From: a virus
DNA: 64,000 nt
IMG/VR virus record: IMGVR_UViG_3300025141_016022
Direction: 5' to 3' (one strand)
The notes below the pieces were generated by a model. That model did not search any database, was not told where the DNA came from, and saw only the letters and a list, made by a program, of their open reading frames with translations. Within the stretch, counting starts at the first letter, position 1; every line of letters begins with the position of its first letter. Below, piece by piece: positions 40,901 to 48,681 of the stretch. The position numbers were made by a program, and so were the translations under genes.

Positions 40901-41077
40901 GGATGGGTAGGAAGTGCAGAAAATATCGTAGATCAAAAGATTGATGACGTTCTTTTCGAACCTGGCGGATTATGGGACTGGGCTAGAAAGGAAGCAGGAA
41001 TAAACGTTGAGTACATTGACATGCAGGAGTCAGTTGTATATGTGTCTCGGTGGATGAAACTTGCAGGTATAACTTAA
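38000..41077 (+). CDS. Leader-bearing multidomain protein (1025 aa) with hydrophobic hairpin and zincin-like domain
   Basis: MKITESRIRRIIREE; hydrophobic LIALLVL...IALAAGLV; LSHELGHW...ELDAE; C-terminal RWMKLAGIT. Confidence 0.75.
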   Translation: MKITESRIRRIIREELLKEDSEDTVLGKMSWPMAPGVSDPFGELRSSNPPPVLSTSMWYDLDGDAMLSSHKIESKKFIEHLMDTIEHRGGVANSVANAGHIAAVYKEMGVETRIAPYPGPKHWGAGDYESWGEFPGSARSFFKKYDPWVLDADEIFLVTVDNTSYRAPGQKVTEIEPEDMEMGVEYGGTTDPAAGKIKRALSSLLGDLTLPAHYDPSPVQLTAAKSWLSQWLPGGNPSPEMARAMAATNPYNAVWETFLGPIKECLSGQAAAKEEATRRASKQDDFYSREGADITFAGGATSEDTQAVLKQMQKTGEAEKISDESIGTSSAGLCASARASELIALLVLPSGQFTLAGRIALAAGLVHLARGSHREAMFELLLGAFEIVAATKAIVRYTAVVKSALRSGKLPADDILEEMIKAGVFEEHADIIRRLARQPKMEEEVQAMRQEMARVIETMDSTDPLKPYLDAYVRGASSDELRGIYKAAKAEIESGARWDIHTSTRRAADIDPDELDAWLERLEDLPLTSSPGSRKAVIDKYIESQISINRALEAEQATARGAGRGKSTPENPWGKGPEPKAIRPAGSKAPLAQTANMGRQIIDLAYAKLRSIPDGKIYKIAKFERGHFSDVDRIEIRLDGLFDVDDIEKIVDDSLGDYLNTLTPPQASRYKQDVIEEIQNLDFVVGPRTPDRVGQYVQSGPGQRGQVWVEPFDKEEWKAIVGTNRDRPDFEEAVKKAFIDALDSGTKFDLPEQVRNTLSHELGHWIDLTIEGNKYDHLIVDSNGIPMREIDGKQMTFDQAVKERKVKTIEEWLQDPPDIFGDFVTQPWHGRIGELDAEITRGVTDFQDSLEASIKRIRDLDDQYKLPWDISPRKPPRDQQPVASDSPSAWDRRSTTKHPSQTTRRQEPKKWDDAETKSAMHKEEMAEIGLDELDYTYQILTDKDLFRDIFVGDYFPIEPNRGYLDDYGWVGSAENIVDQKIDDVLFEPGGLWDWARKEAGINVEYIDMQESVVYVSRWMKLAGIT

Positions 41078-41078
41078 A

Positions 41079-43934
41079 ATGAAAATAACAGAGTCAAAAA
41101 TAAGAGAGATTATAAGAGAAGAAGTAGAGTTTGTCTTCTCTGAGGCTATAGATCAATCTAAACTTTCACCTATTTCTATGGGAGGAAAAGAGAAGAAGCC
41201 TGCTCGCAATCGAGAGGATGAGGAGGGGGGTGCTCCGATAACCACTACAGGAGACGAAAGCGACGAAGAAAGTGAAGGGGAGCCCGAGGAATCATTTAAA
41301 GATGCATTTAACAGGGCGCGTGAAGAAGGAAGGGATACGTTTGAGTATGATGGTGATGGAGACGGCAAGGCAGAGACATATCACACTAAGCATCCAGAAG
41401 AAATGTCCCAAGGGCCAGGCAAAGCCCCGGTCACTGAGCCCCCAAGAACTGATCATGATTTTAGTGCTCAGCCTACTGACCTTAGTAAGCCAGAAGATGT
41501 TGTCTACGCAGATCAGCATGCAAAAGGAGGTGATAGTCAACTTATTCTACACAATGACCGAAAGAAAAGACATGGCGGTCTGTGCTTTATATTCAATCCA
41601 GTTTATGAAGATACCGGAGAAGAGGCACAGACTCGAAATCCGCTTGACTTTGAGCCAATAGCATATATAGATGGCAAACCAGCTAAAGAGCGCCCCAAGA
41701 CTCTTGCTGGTGGCAAGTGGACAATGTCAGAAATGTGGTGGTTTGAAATATCAACTGGAAGGAGGGTAGTATCAAATCCGAAATGCAATGAAGTTACACC
41801 AGGGTGGGAGAGTACAGTTATTAATTGGGAGGAATGGGATCGAGATGAGCACAATGCTCTTATGGACAAGCTAGACTTGGTACTGCTCAGTATTGCAATA
41901 TTTGTTGGAGGATCTACTTATGGTATTGGAGATATTCTTACTGATACTGCATCTGCTGGATTAATGCTCCTAAAAGATCCTCCTGATTATGTTTCTGCCG
42001 GGATTATCTTAGGTGTTACTGCAACTATTGTCGGAAATGGTCAGATTGCTAACAGATTAAGAAAAGCCGGCGGTGCGGGTGCCCGTGTTGTAGATGATGC
42101 GCTTTCTGAGGGAACATCCATAGGTAGCAAAGAGTTCAGCGATGCTATTTCAGATCATGTTTCACCTGAAGATATCACAGCTGGTAGAAAATCTGCGCAA
42201 GAGTATTTAGATAAATCTACAGATACAATTTATCTTCACATAAGAGATAGAGTCCCACCAGCCCGAGCAAGTGAAGCACGTGAAGTAGTTGATAGTGCTA
42301 AGAAAAGAGCAATGCAAGAAACAAACAGACTGTCACCTCAGCGCACCTCTCCTGGATCAGTAGGAACGCCAGTTGTTAAACAGACAACTACAGCTACAAT
42401 CTCAAAAAAGATTGATGAACCGGCGAAGTTATCTTACTATCAAAGTCCCGAAATGTCCAAAGAGTTTGGAGCTGATATAACTGACTTTGTACGGGATTGG
42501 GATGGGAAGCTTCCCCTTTCTGCAGAAGGCACAGTCTTTCTTGCAAAATCTCGAATCTGGCCTACAGATGTAGCAATTAAGATTATAGATAAGCCTGGCG
42601 GTGTTGCTGATGCTGGTGTCTTATCCTCACCTGCCTGGATTCTTAGAAATAGAGATAAGCTACCATCTGATCTTGCTGAATCACTTCCTCGCGTCTATAA
42701 GATCGGAAGCACAGTAGGACCAGACGGGAAAGCATATGACTATATTGTGATGGAGAAATTAGTTTCCGGACCAGCAAAAGATACTATAGGAAATATTAAT
42801 ACGCAACTTAATCCTGGTATTATTGATCATTACTATGTCGGACGCGGATCTGAAATGGCACCTGATATTATGAAGAACCCGGATCAATTACATAGCTTTG
42901 CAAAGAGATATGATGCAGGATTTAAATCTCAACAAGATATCCTCAAGCTTTATGATCCACGACATCCAATTAGGGCAGGAGAAAATTTAGGAAAATCAGT
43001 CACACCGGAAACTGATGCTGTCATTAGTAGAATAAAGAGCGATAGATTTTCTCAAGAGTTCGCATCAGATGTGATAAAATATACTGGAGACACAAGTAGA
43101 ATCACTGGGCCAGTTAAACAACGTCTGGATAATGTAGACTGGAAAAGCGATGACATATACGGATTTGCTGGGGGATACAGCTTAAGCACGACTGAGATAA
43201 ACATGCTTAAATCAATTTCTGCAGCTAGAGTAAATAAACTAGACAATGTTATCTCACATCTTCAACAAGCAAGAAGAAATCCTGATCTTATTCCTACAAT
43301 GACAAAAGATGAAATTTCTAGATCACTAGCAATTGTTAAGAGTGAAAGAAAGAAAGTAATACAAGACATTGGAGATACATCTTATCACGCACGAGAAGCA
43401 GAACGCATGGAGTATGCTCTCGATTATAATCCGGCAATTACTCGAGATTATGTATCTACAAGAAAAGCAGCTGATAGTGATACCTTTGTCGGACGACAGA
43501 GCAAAAGAAGCGGTGATATCATAGATATTAAAGCAGCAGATGCTCCTTTTGATCCTGATCTCGACCCTGTGGTTGCACGTGCAGAATATATTGACAAAGA
43601 ACTGGCAAGGAGAGGTTTTTTTAGAGTAGATGTTAGGGACCCTAATAAGATGTTTAGAGCAGATGTCCAATCCCCGAACCCAGTTCAAGCCGATATTACT
43701 CTCAACTATGTCTTACAACCAGGTCAAAAAATAATGTATAAAGGAGAGCCAATGACAATAGTTGATCCTAGCACTCCCTTAGACAGGACTTTAGAAATGC
43801 CGAAACTGGATCCTACTCTAAGACCAAATCCGCAGTTTGACGAAGAAGATATTATCAAAGGGACAAAATATAACCCGCTTGAAGAAGGAATAGACTTAGA
43901 TAGGTGGCTTTTGATTGCTGGGATTTTAGAATAA
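41079..43934 (+). CDS. Leader-bearing multidomain protein (951 aa) with hydrophobic hairpin and protein-kinase-like domain
   Basis: MKITESKIREIIREE; hydrophobic LVLLSIAIFVGG...AGIILGV; VAIKII, LPRVYKIG, YIVMEKL, DVRDPN; C-terminal RWLLIAGILE. Confidence 0.7.
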   Translation: MKITESKIREIIREEVEFVFSEAIDQSKLSPISMGGKEKKPARNREDEEGGAPITTTGDESDEESEGEPEESFKDAFNRAREEGRDTFEYDGDGDGKAETYHTKHPEEMSQGPGKAPVTEPPRTDHDFSAQPTDLSKPEDVVYADQHAKGGDSQLILHNDRKKRHGGLCFIFNPVYEDTGEEAQTRNPLDFEPIAYIDGKPAKERPKTLAGGKWTMSEMWWFEISTGRRVVSNPKCNEVTPGWESTVINWEEWDRDEHNALMDKLDLVLLSIAIFVGGSTYGIGDILTDTASAGLMLLKDPPDYVSAGIILGVTATIVGNGQIANRLRKAGGAGARVVDDALSEGTSIGSKEFSDAISDHVSPEDITAGRKSAQEYLDKSTDTIYLHIRDRVPPARASEAREVVDSAKKRAMQETNRLSPQRTSPGSVGTPVVKQTTTATISKKIDEPAKLSYYQSPEMSKEFGADITDFVRDWDGKLPLSAEGTVFLAKSRIWPTDVAIKIIDKPGGVADAGVLSSPAWILRNRDKLPSDLAESLPRVYKIGSTVGPDGKAYDYIVMEKLVSGPAKDTIGNINTQLNPGIIDHYYVGRGSEMAPDIMKNPDQLHSFAKRYDAGFKSQQDILKLYDPRHPIRAGENLGKSVTPETDAVISRIKSDRFSQEFASDVIKYTGDTSRITGPVKQRLDNVDWKSDDIYGFAGGYSLSTTEINMLKSISAARVNKLDNVISHLQQARRNPDLIPTMTKDEISRSLAIVKSERKKVIQDIGDTSYHAREAERMEYALDYNPAITRDYVSTRKAADSDTFVGRQSKRSGDIIDIKAADAPFDPDLDPVVARAEYIDKELARRGFFRVDVRDPNKMFRADVQSPNPVQADITLNYVLQPGQKIMYKGEPMTIVDPSTPLDRTLEMPKLDPTLRPNPQFDEEDIIKGTKYNPLEEGIDLDRWLLIAGILE

Positions 43935-43999
43935 AAGTAAAAGCATCAAGAATTAGAAGAAAGGTAACTCTCTTATTATAAATTTAATACTTCACTAGC

Positions 44000-44028
44000 T
44001 TAAAAATTTAAATTTTTCATGTTATAAT
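44000..44028 (+). promoter_or_regulatory. Sigma70-type promoter TTAAAA-N17-TATAAT with extended -10
   Basis: TTAAAA 44000-44005, TG 44020-44021, TATAAT 44023-44028. Confidence 0.6.
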
Positions 44029-44031
44029 AAC

Positions 44032-44940
44032 ATGATGCTAATATTTCCAACAAAAAATCTATTTATTGAAGGTCCTGATTGTTCCGGTAAGACAACTCTT
44101 GTCAGCAATATTCATAAATTAACAAGATATAAATGGCATATTCACGACAGATCTCAGGTATCTAGAAAGATTTTTCAAAAGATGTATGATAGAAATCTTC
44201 CATATCTATGCGATGATTTTCATACAGAGCTTTTTAATCTTAATAATAGATTTATTTTTCTACTACCTCCGTTTAAAATAATATCAGAAAGATTTGATGA
44301 AAGGGGCGATGATATTCATAGAAATATTGATGAGATTAAAAATGTCTATAGTAATTTTGAAAAAGAGTTTTCATTGATTTCAAGACTCCCGAATATTCTT
44401 CCCGTTCTCGGAGTTGCAACACCAAGAGCTGTTGAAGCACTCTGTACAACAATCTCGCTAACAGAAAGATCAATGCTTAGAGAAGTTTCAGATCAAGTTT
44501 TAACAACTGTTAGTCACTGTAAAGGAGAATGCTTTCCTTTACAGTTTACACTTTACGATGATGGAAAGTTTGAAGAGGCAAATAAAGAATCTATGGACCA
44601 TGATCCTGAAAAGGAGTATTATGAAAAAATATATCGAAGACTTCACTGCAAGATCGATAATGAGATATTGGGAAAAAATGAATACAGTAGAGTTGAATCA
44701 TCTTCTTCTAGGAGATTTATTTACACCGACGATAGTTGTATATCATTTATTCAATTGTCAATAAGAAAAAGAGTAATGGACTTTCATGTAGTAATAAGAT
44801 CATCAGATGTTAAAAATGTTTTTCCATATGATTTAAAGTTTTTATACTATCTTGCTTCTACATGTTATAAAAAATTTGAAGAGAGCTGTGATTCAGCGAG
44901 ACTTCGTTTTAACTTAAACTCTGCACACATAGTTAGTTAA
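44032..44940 (+). CDS. dNMP (thymidylate-type) kinase fused to a minimal thymidylate-synthase-fold domain; candidate dCMP-modifying enzyme
   Basis: N-terminal FIEGPDCSGKTT, IHDRS, ERGDD; C-terminal SRRFI, SCISFIQL, RSSDVKNVFPYD, SAHI. Confidence 0.75.
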   Translation: MMLIFPTKNLFIEGPDCSGKTTLVSNIHKLTRYKWHIHDRSQVSRKIFQKMYDRNLPYLCDDFHTELFNLNNRFIFLLPPFKIISERFDERGDDIHRNIDEIKNVYSNFEKEFSLISRLPNILPVLGVATPRAVEALCTTISLTERSMLREVSDQVLTTVSHCKGECFPLQFTLYDDGKFEEANKESMDHDPEKEYYEKIYRRLHCKIDNEILGKNEYSRVESSSSRRFIYTDDSCISFIQLSIRKRVMDFHVVIRSSDVKNVFPYDLKFLYYLASTCYKKFEESCDSARLRFNLNSAHIVS

Positions 44941-44966
44941 AATAAACACAAGAGGAATTTTTAAAT

Positions 44967-45983
44967 ATGAATGTATTGATTACAGGCGGTTGCGGCTTTA
45001 TCGGATCAAATCTAGCAAAGCATCTTGTTAAGCTAGGATGGACAGTTGATGTCGTAGACAATATGTCAGGAGGAGATATTCAGTCTCTCGTAGGGGAGAA
45101 AATACGACATCTTCCAAACGGATCTTTTCTCCCGCACTTCTACCAAAGTATTAAGGAGAAGAATATAGCAAGAAATCAAGAGGAAATACTTGTAATACCT
45201 GATGATCTTATTTCTGATGGGGTTCTTTTATCCATTAAAAATAAACAGTATGATATTGTTTTCCATCAGGCAGCAGTTCCTAGAGTTTCATATTCTGTTG
45301 AGAATCCAGGGGAGACAACTTATGAAAATATTTCAAAAACTGTTACCTTGTTTGAAGCATGCGCTGACAATGTTGATAGGGTTGTATGGGCGTCTTCTTC
45401 ATCTGTTTACGGAGGGGCTTTAAATCTTCCAACAGTAGAAGAAGAAAGGGGAAAAATTATTCCCAAATCACCGTATGCATGGCAAAAATTTGCAGTAGAA
45501 GATTATGCTAAAATTTGTGCAGATCTCTATGACCTTGATATTGTATGTCTAAGATATTTTAATGTCTTTGGTCCGGGCCAGCTTGGAGATTCTCCATATG
45601 CGACTGCGGTTTCTGCATGGTGCTATGCAACTAAAAACGGTCTTGCCCTTAGAAGTGATGGCGATGGTGAACAGACAAGAGATATGTGCTACATAGACAA
45701 TGTAGTCCAGGCAAATATTTTAGCAGCCACAGCTTCAAGACCAGAGGGGTTTAGAGGAAGGTGCTATAATATTGCTTGTGGGGGTTCTGTTTCTAATAAT
45801 GAAATACTAGAGCTCTTCAGCAAAAGATTTGATATTACCATAAAGCATGCTCATGAAAGACCTGGAGATGTTAAACATACCTTGGCAGATATAAGCAGGG
45901 CAACATCTGAGCTTGGCTATGATCCAAAAGTTTTATTTTGGGAAGGTTTGAATAGAACTCTAGAGTGGTGGGGTCTTGAATAA
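44967..45983 (+). CDS. NAD-dependent nucleotide-sugar epimerase/dehydratase
   Basis: ITGGCGFIGS, HQAA, ASSSSVYG, SPYAWQK (YxxxK), LRYFNVFGP, GDGEQTRD, RPGDV. Confidence 0.92.
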   Translation: MNVLITGGCGFIGSNLAKHLVKLGWTVDVVDNMSGGDIQSLVGEKIRHLPNGSFLPHFYQSIKEKNIARNQEEILVIPDDLISDGVLLSIKNKQYDIVFHQAAVPRVSYSVENPGETTYENISKTVTLFEACADNVDRVVWASSSSVYGGALNLPTVEEERGKIIPKSPYAWQKFAVEDYAKICADLYDLDIVCLRYFNVFGPGQLGDSPYATAVSAWCYATKNGLALRSDGDGEQTRDMCYIDNVVQANILAATASRPEGFRGRCYNIACGGSVSNNEILELFSKRFDITIKHAHERPGDVKHTLADISRATSELGYDPKVLFWEGLNRTLEWWGLE

Positions 45984-46405
45984 TGTACGTAGATAAAAAG
46001 CATGCAAAGTCTGCATGGATTTCTTCTAGTGCAACAACTGAGGAAAAGCCCTGGGGCTTTGAAACAAGATGGTCTGGGTTTAGTGGAATTCACGGAAAGA
46101 CACTATTCATTAGAAAAGGTGGCAGAACAAGCTTAAAGTATAACACTGCAAAGACAGAAGTCTTAATGTTAAGATCAGGCTCTGCAGAAGCTTTGTTTGG
46201 AGATGAGCTTTCACTAAATGATCCTATAGGGCATCCTATGAAAAAAGAAAAAATGTTATCTGGAGATACTCTATTAATACAATCTATGTGCCCATATAGA
46301 ATTACTGCTCTTGAAGATTGTGAAATATTTGAAATAGGCGACAATGCATCAGACAAAGTAGTAAGGCTAGAGGACGATTACGGGAGGGCTGAAAATAATG
46401 AATAG
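45983..46405 (+). CDS. Cupin-fold protein (mannose-6-phosphate isomerase type II C-terminal-like)
   Basis: EKPWG, RTSLKY...KTE, DKVVRLEDDYGR. Confidence 0.75.
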   Translation: MYVDKKHAKSAWISSSATTEEKPWGFETRWSGFSGIHGKTLFIRKGGRTSLKYNTAKTEVLMLRSGSAEALFGDELSLNDPIGHPMKKEKMLSGDTLLIQSMCPYRITALEDCEIFEIGDNASDKVVRLEDDYGRAENNE

Positions 46406-46967
46406 AATGCCTGAGTTTATAATATTTACAGGACCAATGTTTGGAGCAAAGACTAGTCGATTGCTTTCAGTTATAGATAGATTCTCTTATCAAAATCGAA
46501 GAGTTCTTTCTTTCAAACCTAAAATAGATAGAAGATATTCTGATTCTGACATTACAACACATAACGGTCATGCAGTTGAGGCAATTTCAGTTAAAACAGG
46601 TAGTGATATATATAATGTGGTGTGCGACAGAATAGCAGATGTTGATGTTATTGCTGTAGATGAGGCATTTATGATAGATGGATGTGCAGAATCTCTAGTT
46701 TCTTTATTCAGGATGGGAAAAACAATTGTTGTTTCATCACTTCAACTTTCTGCTTCGGGAAATGTTTTTACAGAAATTAGAGATATGATGCCTTGGGCTA
46801 CTAAAATTGAAGTATGCCCAGCAGTTTGTACTGTGAGTGGTCTTGATGCATACTATACACATAAGAAAGTTGATAGCCTTGCTGAAATTACTGTCGGGGG
46901 ATCAGAGCTTTATGAGCCAAGAGCTTGGATGCATCACTCTTTTATGAACCAAAGCCCTAAAGATTGA
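46398..46967 (+). CDS. tdk: Thymidine kinase
   Basis: TGPMFGAKTSRL, KPKIDRRY, IAVDEAF, AVC, VGGSELYEP. Confidence 0.9.
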   Translation: MNRMPEFIIFTGPMFGAKTSRLLSVIDRFSYQNRRVLSFKPKIDRRYSDSDITTHNGHAVEAISVKTGSDIYNVVCDRIADVDVIAVDEAFMIDGCAESLVSLFRMGKTIVVSSLQLSASGNVFTEIRDMMPWATKIEVCPAVCTVSGLDAYYTHKKVDSLAEITVGGSELYEPRAWMHHSFMNQSPKD

Positions 46968-46974
46968 GAGAAAA

Positions 46975-47901
46975 ATGGTTGAACCTACTAGTGTTAATTG
47001 TGTAATTTATCATGCAGACTGTACCGATGGTTTTGGTGCAGCTTATTCTGCGTGGAAGCAGCTCGGCAATAGGGCAGAGTATTTTGCATGTAAGCATGGC
47101 ACACCCCCTCCAGATGTCAAGGGTAAGAATGTTGTTATACTGGATTTTTCTTTTGATAATTCAACAACAAAGAAGATGATAGAGGTTTCAAACTCTCTTC
47201 TTGTCATTGATCATCATAAGTCTGCAATGGTTGAGCTTCATGATATTACTAATACAAAGTTCGATATGACTAAAAGCGGTGCAATGCTAGCATGGGAATT
47301 TTTTCATCCTGGAAAAGAGCCGCCAAAGTTTATCAAATACATTCAAGATAGAGACCTCTGGAAATGGGAGCTTGAATATTCTAAAGAGTTTAGCGCTGCA
47401 TTTGACATGGTGCCCTTTGAATTTGAAGAATTTGAAAAATTCGAAGATGACTCAGTTTTTGATGATGCATGCAAGCGCGGATCATATATTTTAGCATATA
47501 GTAAAACAGTAGTTAAGAAAGTTTGCGAAAAAGCTTCTCTTCGTAAAATGGACGGAAAGGATGTAATGGTTGTAAATGCATCTCACTGGATGTCTGAAAT
47601 CGGTGCCAGATTAGCACCAGATTGTGACTTTGCAATGATTTGGTTTTGGGATCATGAAGAAAAGCATACAAAAGTTTCGCTTAGAGCATTTCATGATACA
47701 GTAGATGTTGCGGAAATAAGCAAGAGATTTGGCGGCGGCGGCCACAAGAAAGCTGCAGGATTTCAGTTAGCAGCAAAAAAACATGTTGAAGATCTTTTTG
47801 ACAAACCAAAGAGAGCACGAACTAGTAGGTCAAAGTCAACAGCAAAACCTAAATTAAAATCATTTGAACCTTCAAATTCAAAATCCAGTAAGGATTCCTA
47901 A
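46975..47901 (+). CDS. DHH/DHHA1 phosphoesterase
   Basis: YHADCTDG, ILDF, IDHH, DRDLW, GGGGHKKAAGF. Confidence 0.88.
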   Translation: MVEPTSVNCVIYHADCTDGFGAAYSAWKQLGNRAEYFACKHGTPPPDVKGKNVVILDFSFDNSTTKKMIEVSNSLLVIDHHKSAMVELHDITNTKFDMTKSGAMLAWEFFHPGKEPPKFIKYIQDRDLWKWELEYSKEFSAAFDMVPFEFEEFEKFEDDSVFDDACKRGSYILAYSKTVVKKVCEKASLRKMDGKDVMVVNASHWMSEIGARLAPDCDFAMIWFWDHEEKHTKVSLRAFHDTVDVAEISKRFGGGGHKKAAGFQLAAKKHVEDLFDKPKRARTSRSKSTAKPKLKSFEPSNSKSSKDS

Positions 47902-47905
47902 ATAG

Positions 47906-48646
47906 ATGTCTTACCTTGGTTATATTAAAACAATTTTTGATGGATATCCGCTTCCTAGTTTGCCAGTTGTTATAGAAATTGGAGTAGATCAGGGCCATAG
48001 CACACTTCCAATTATTCAAAATCTAGCTTCAAGATTTAAAAGCTCTGTATACCTATGTTGCGATATTAAATTTAAACAAATTGTAGGTGAGCAGTTTATT
48101 AATTTTAACAATGTATACGTAAAGGGAGTTGATAATCTTAAAGAGATTGGAGAGTCAGGTTGTCATGTTTTTCCATATGAGCTTAATAGTCTAGACTGGT
48201 TAGCGAACATGACTAATTATAGGTCAGATATTGACAAGGGTTTTGTAGACATTGCCTTTGTAGATGGTGATCACAATTATTACACTGTATCAAATGAGCT
48301 GAAGATGATAAAAAAATTATTAAAACCAGAAGGCCTTATAGTTTGCGATGACTATAACGGTAAGTGGGCCAATAGAGACGGGTTTTATTCAGAAGCTGAA
48401 TCGCACAAAGATATTGCAATAGCAACAAAAAGAGTTAAGTCAAAAAAAGAAGGAATAATGTCTGCAGTCCAGGACTTTCTTGCCGAAAATAAAAGCTGGT
48501 CTTTATGGACACATTCAAAAGTAGATCCGGCAATATTATACAATCTAGATGTTTGGGAGCCGCTTACACTCCCTAGGAATAATTTTGAAATTTTTGCAAG
48601 ATGCAAGTTTAAATTTGTCAAAAGATCTCAAAGCTATACATCGTAA
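47906..48646 (+). CDS. Class I SAM-dependent methyltransferase (Methyltransf_24-like)
   Basis: VIEIGVDQGHST, AFVDGDHNY, LKPEGLIVCDDY. Confidence 0.8.
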   Translation: MSYLGYIKTIFDGYPLPSLPVVIEIGVDQGHSTLPIIQNLASRFKSSVYLCCDIKFKQIVGEQFINFNNVYVKGVDNLKEIGESGCHVFPYELNSLDWLANMTNYRSDIDKGFVDIAFVDGDHNYYTVSNELKMIKKLLKPEGLIVCDDYNGKWANRDGFYSEAESHKDIAIATKRVKSKKEGIMSAVQDFLAENKSWSLWTHSKVDPAILYNLDVWEPLTLPRNNFEIFARCKFKFVKRSQSYTS

Positions 48647-48681
48647 GCAGTAATTTTTAAATAACTAGATGGGAGATTTGA

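Larger units (their letters stand above)
35694..41129 (+). repeat. Dispersed ~50-bp leader-coding repeat at gene starts 35694, 37066, 38000, 41079
   Basis: First 51 nt of the 35694 and 38000 copies match at 48 positions, all three differences synonymous. Core ATAAGAGAAGAGCTTCT is shared by three copies. Confidence 0.85.

Noticed and set aside
35694-43934. Diversity-generating retroelement or invertase shufflon as the cause of the repeated gene starts
   Set aside because: No reverse transcriptase or site-specific recombinase in the window. The repeats are direct, at 5' ends, and differ only at synonymous sites rather than in an adenine-specific way.
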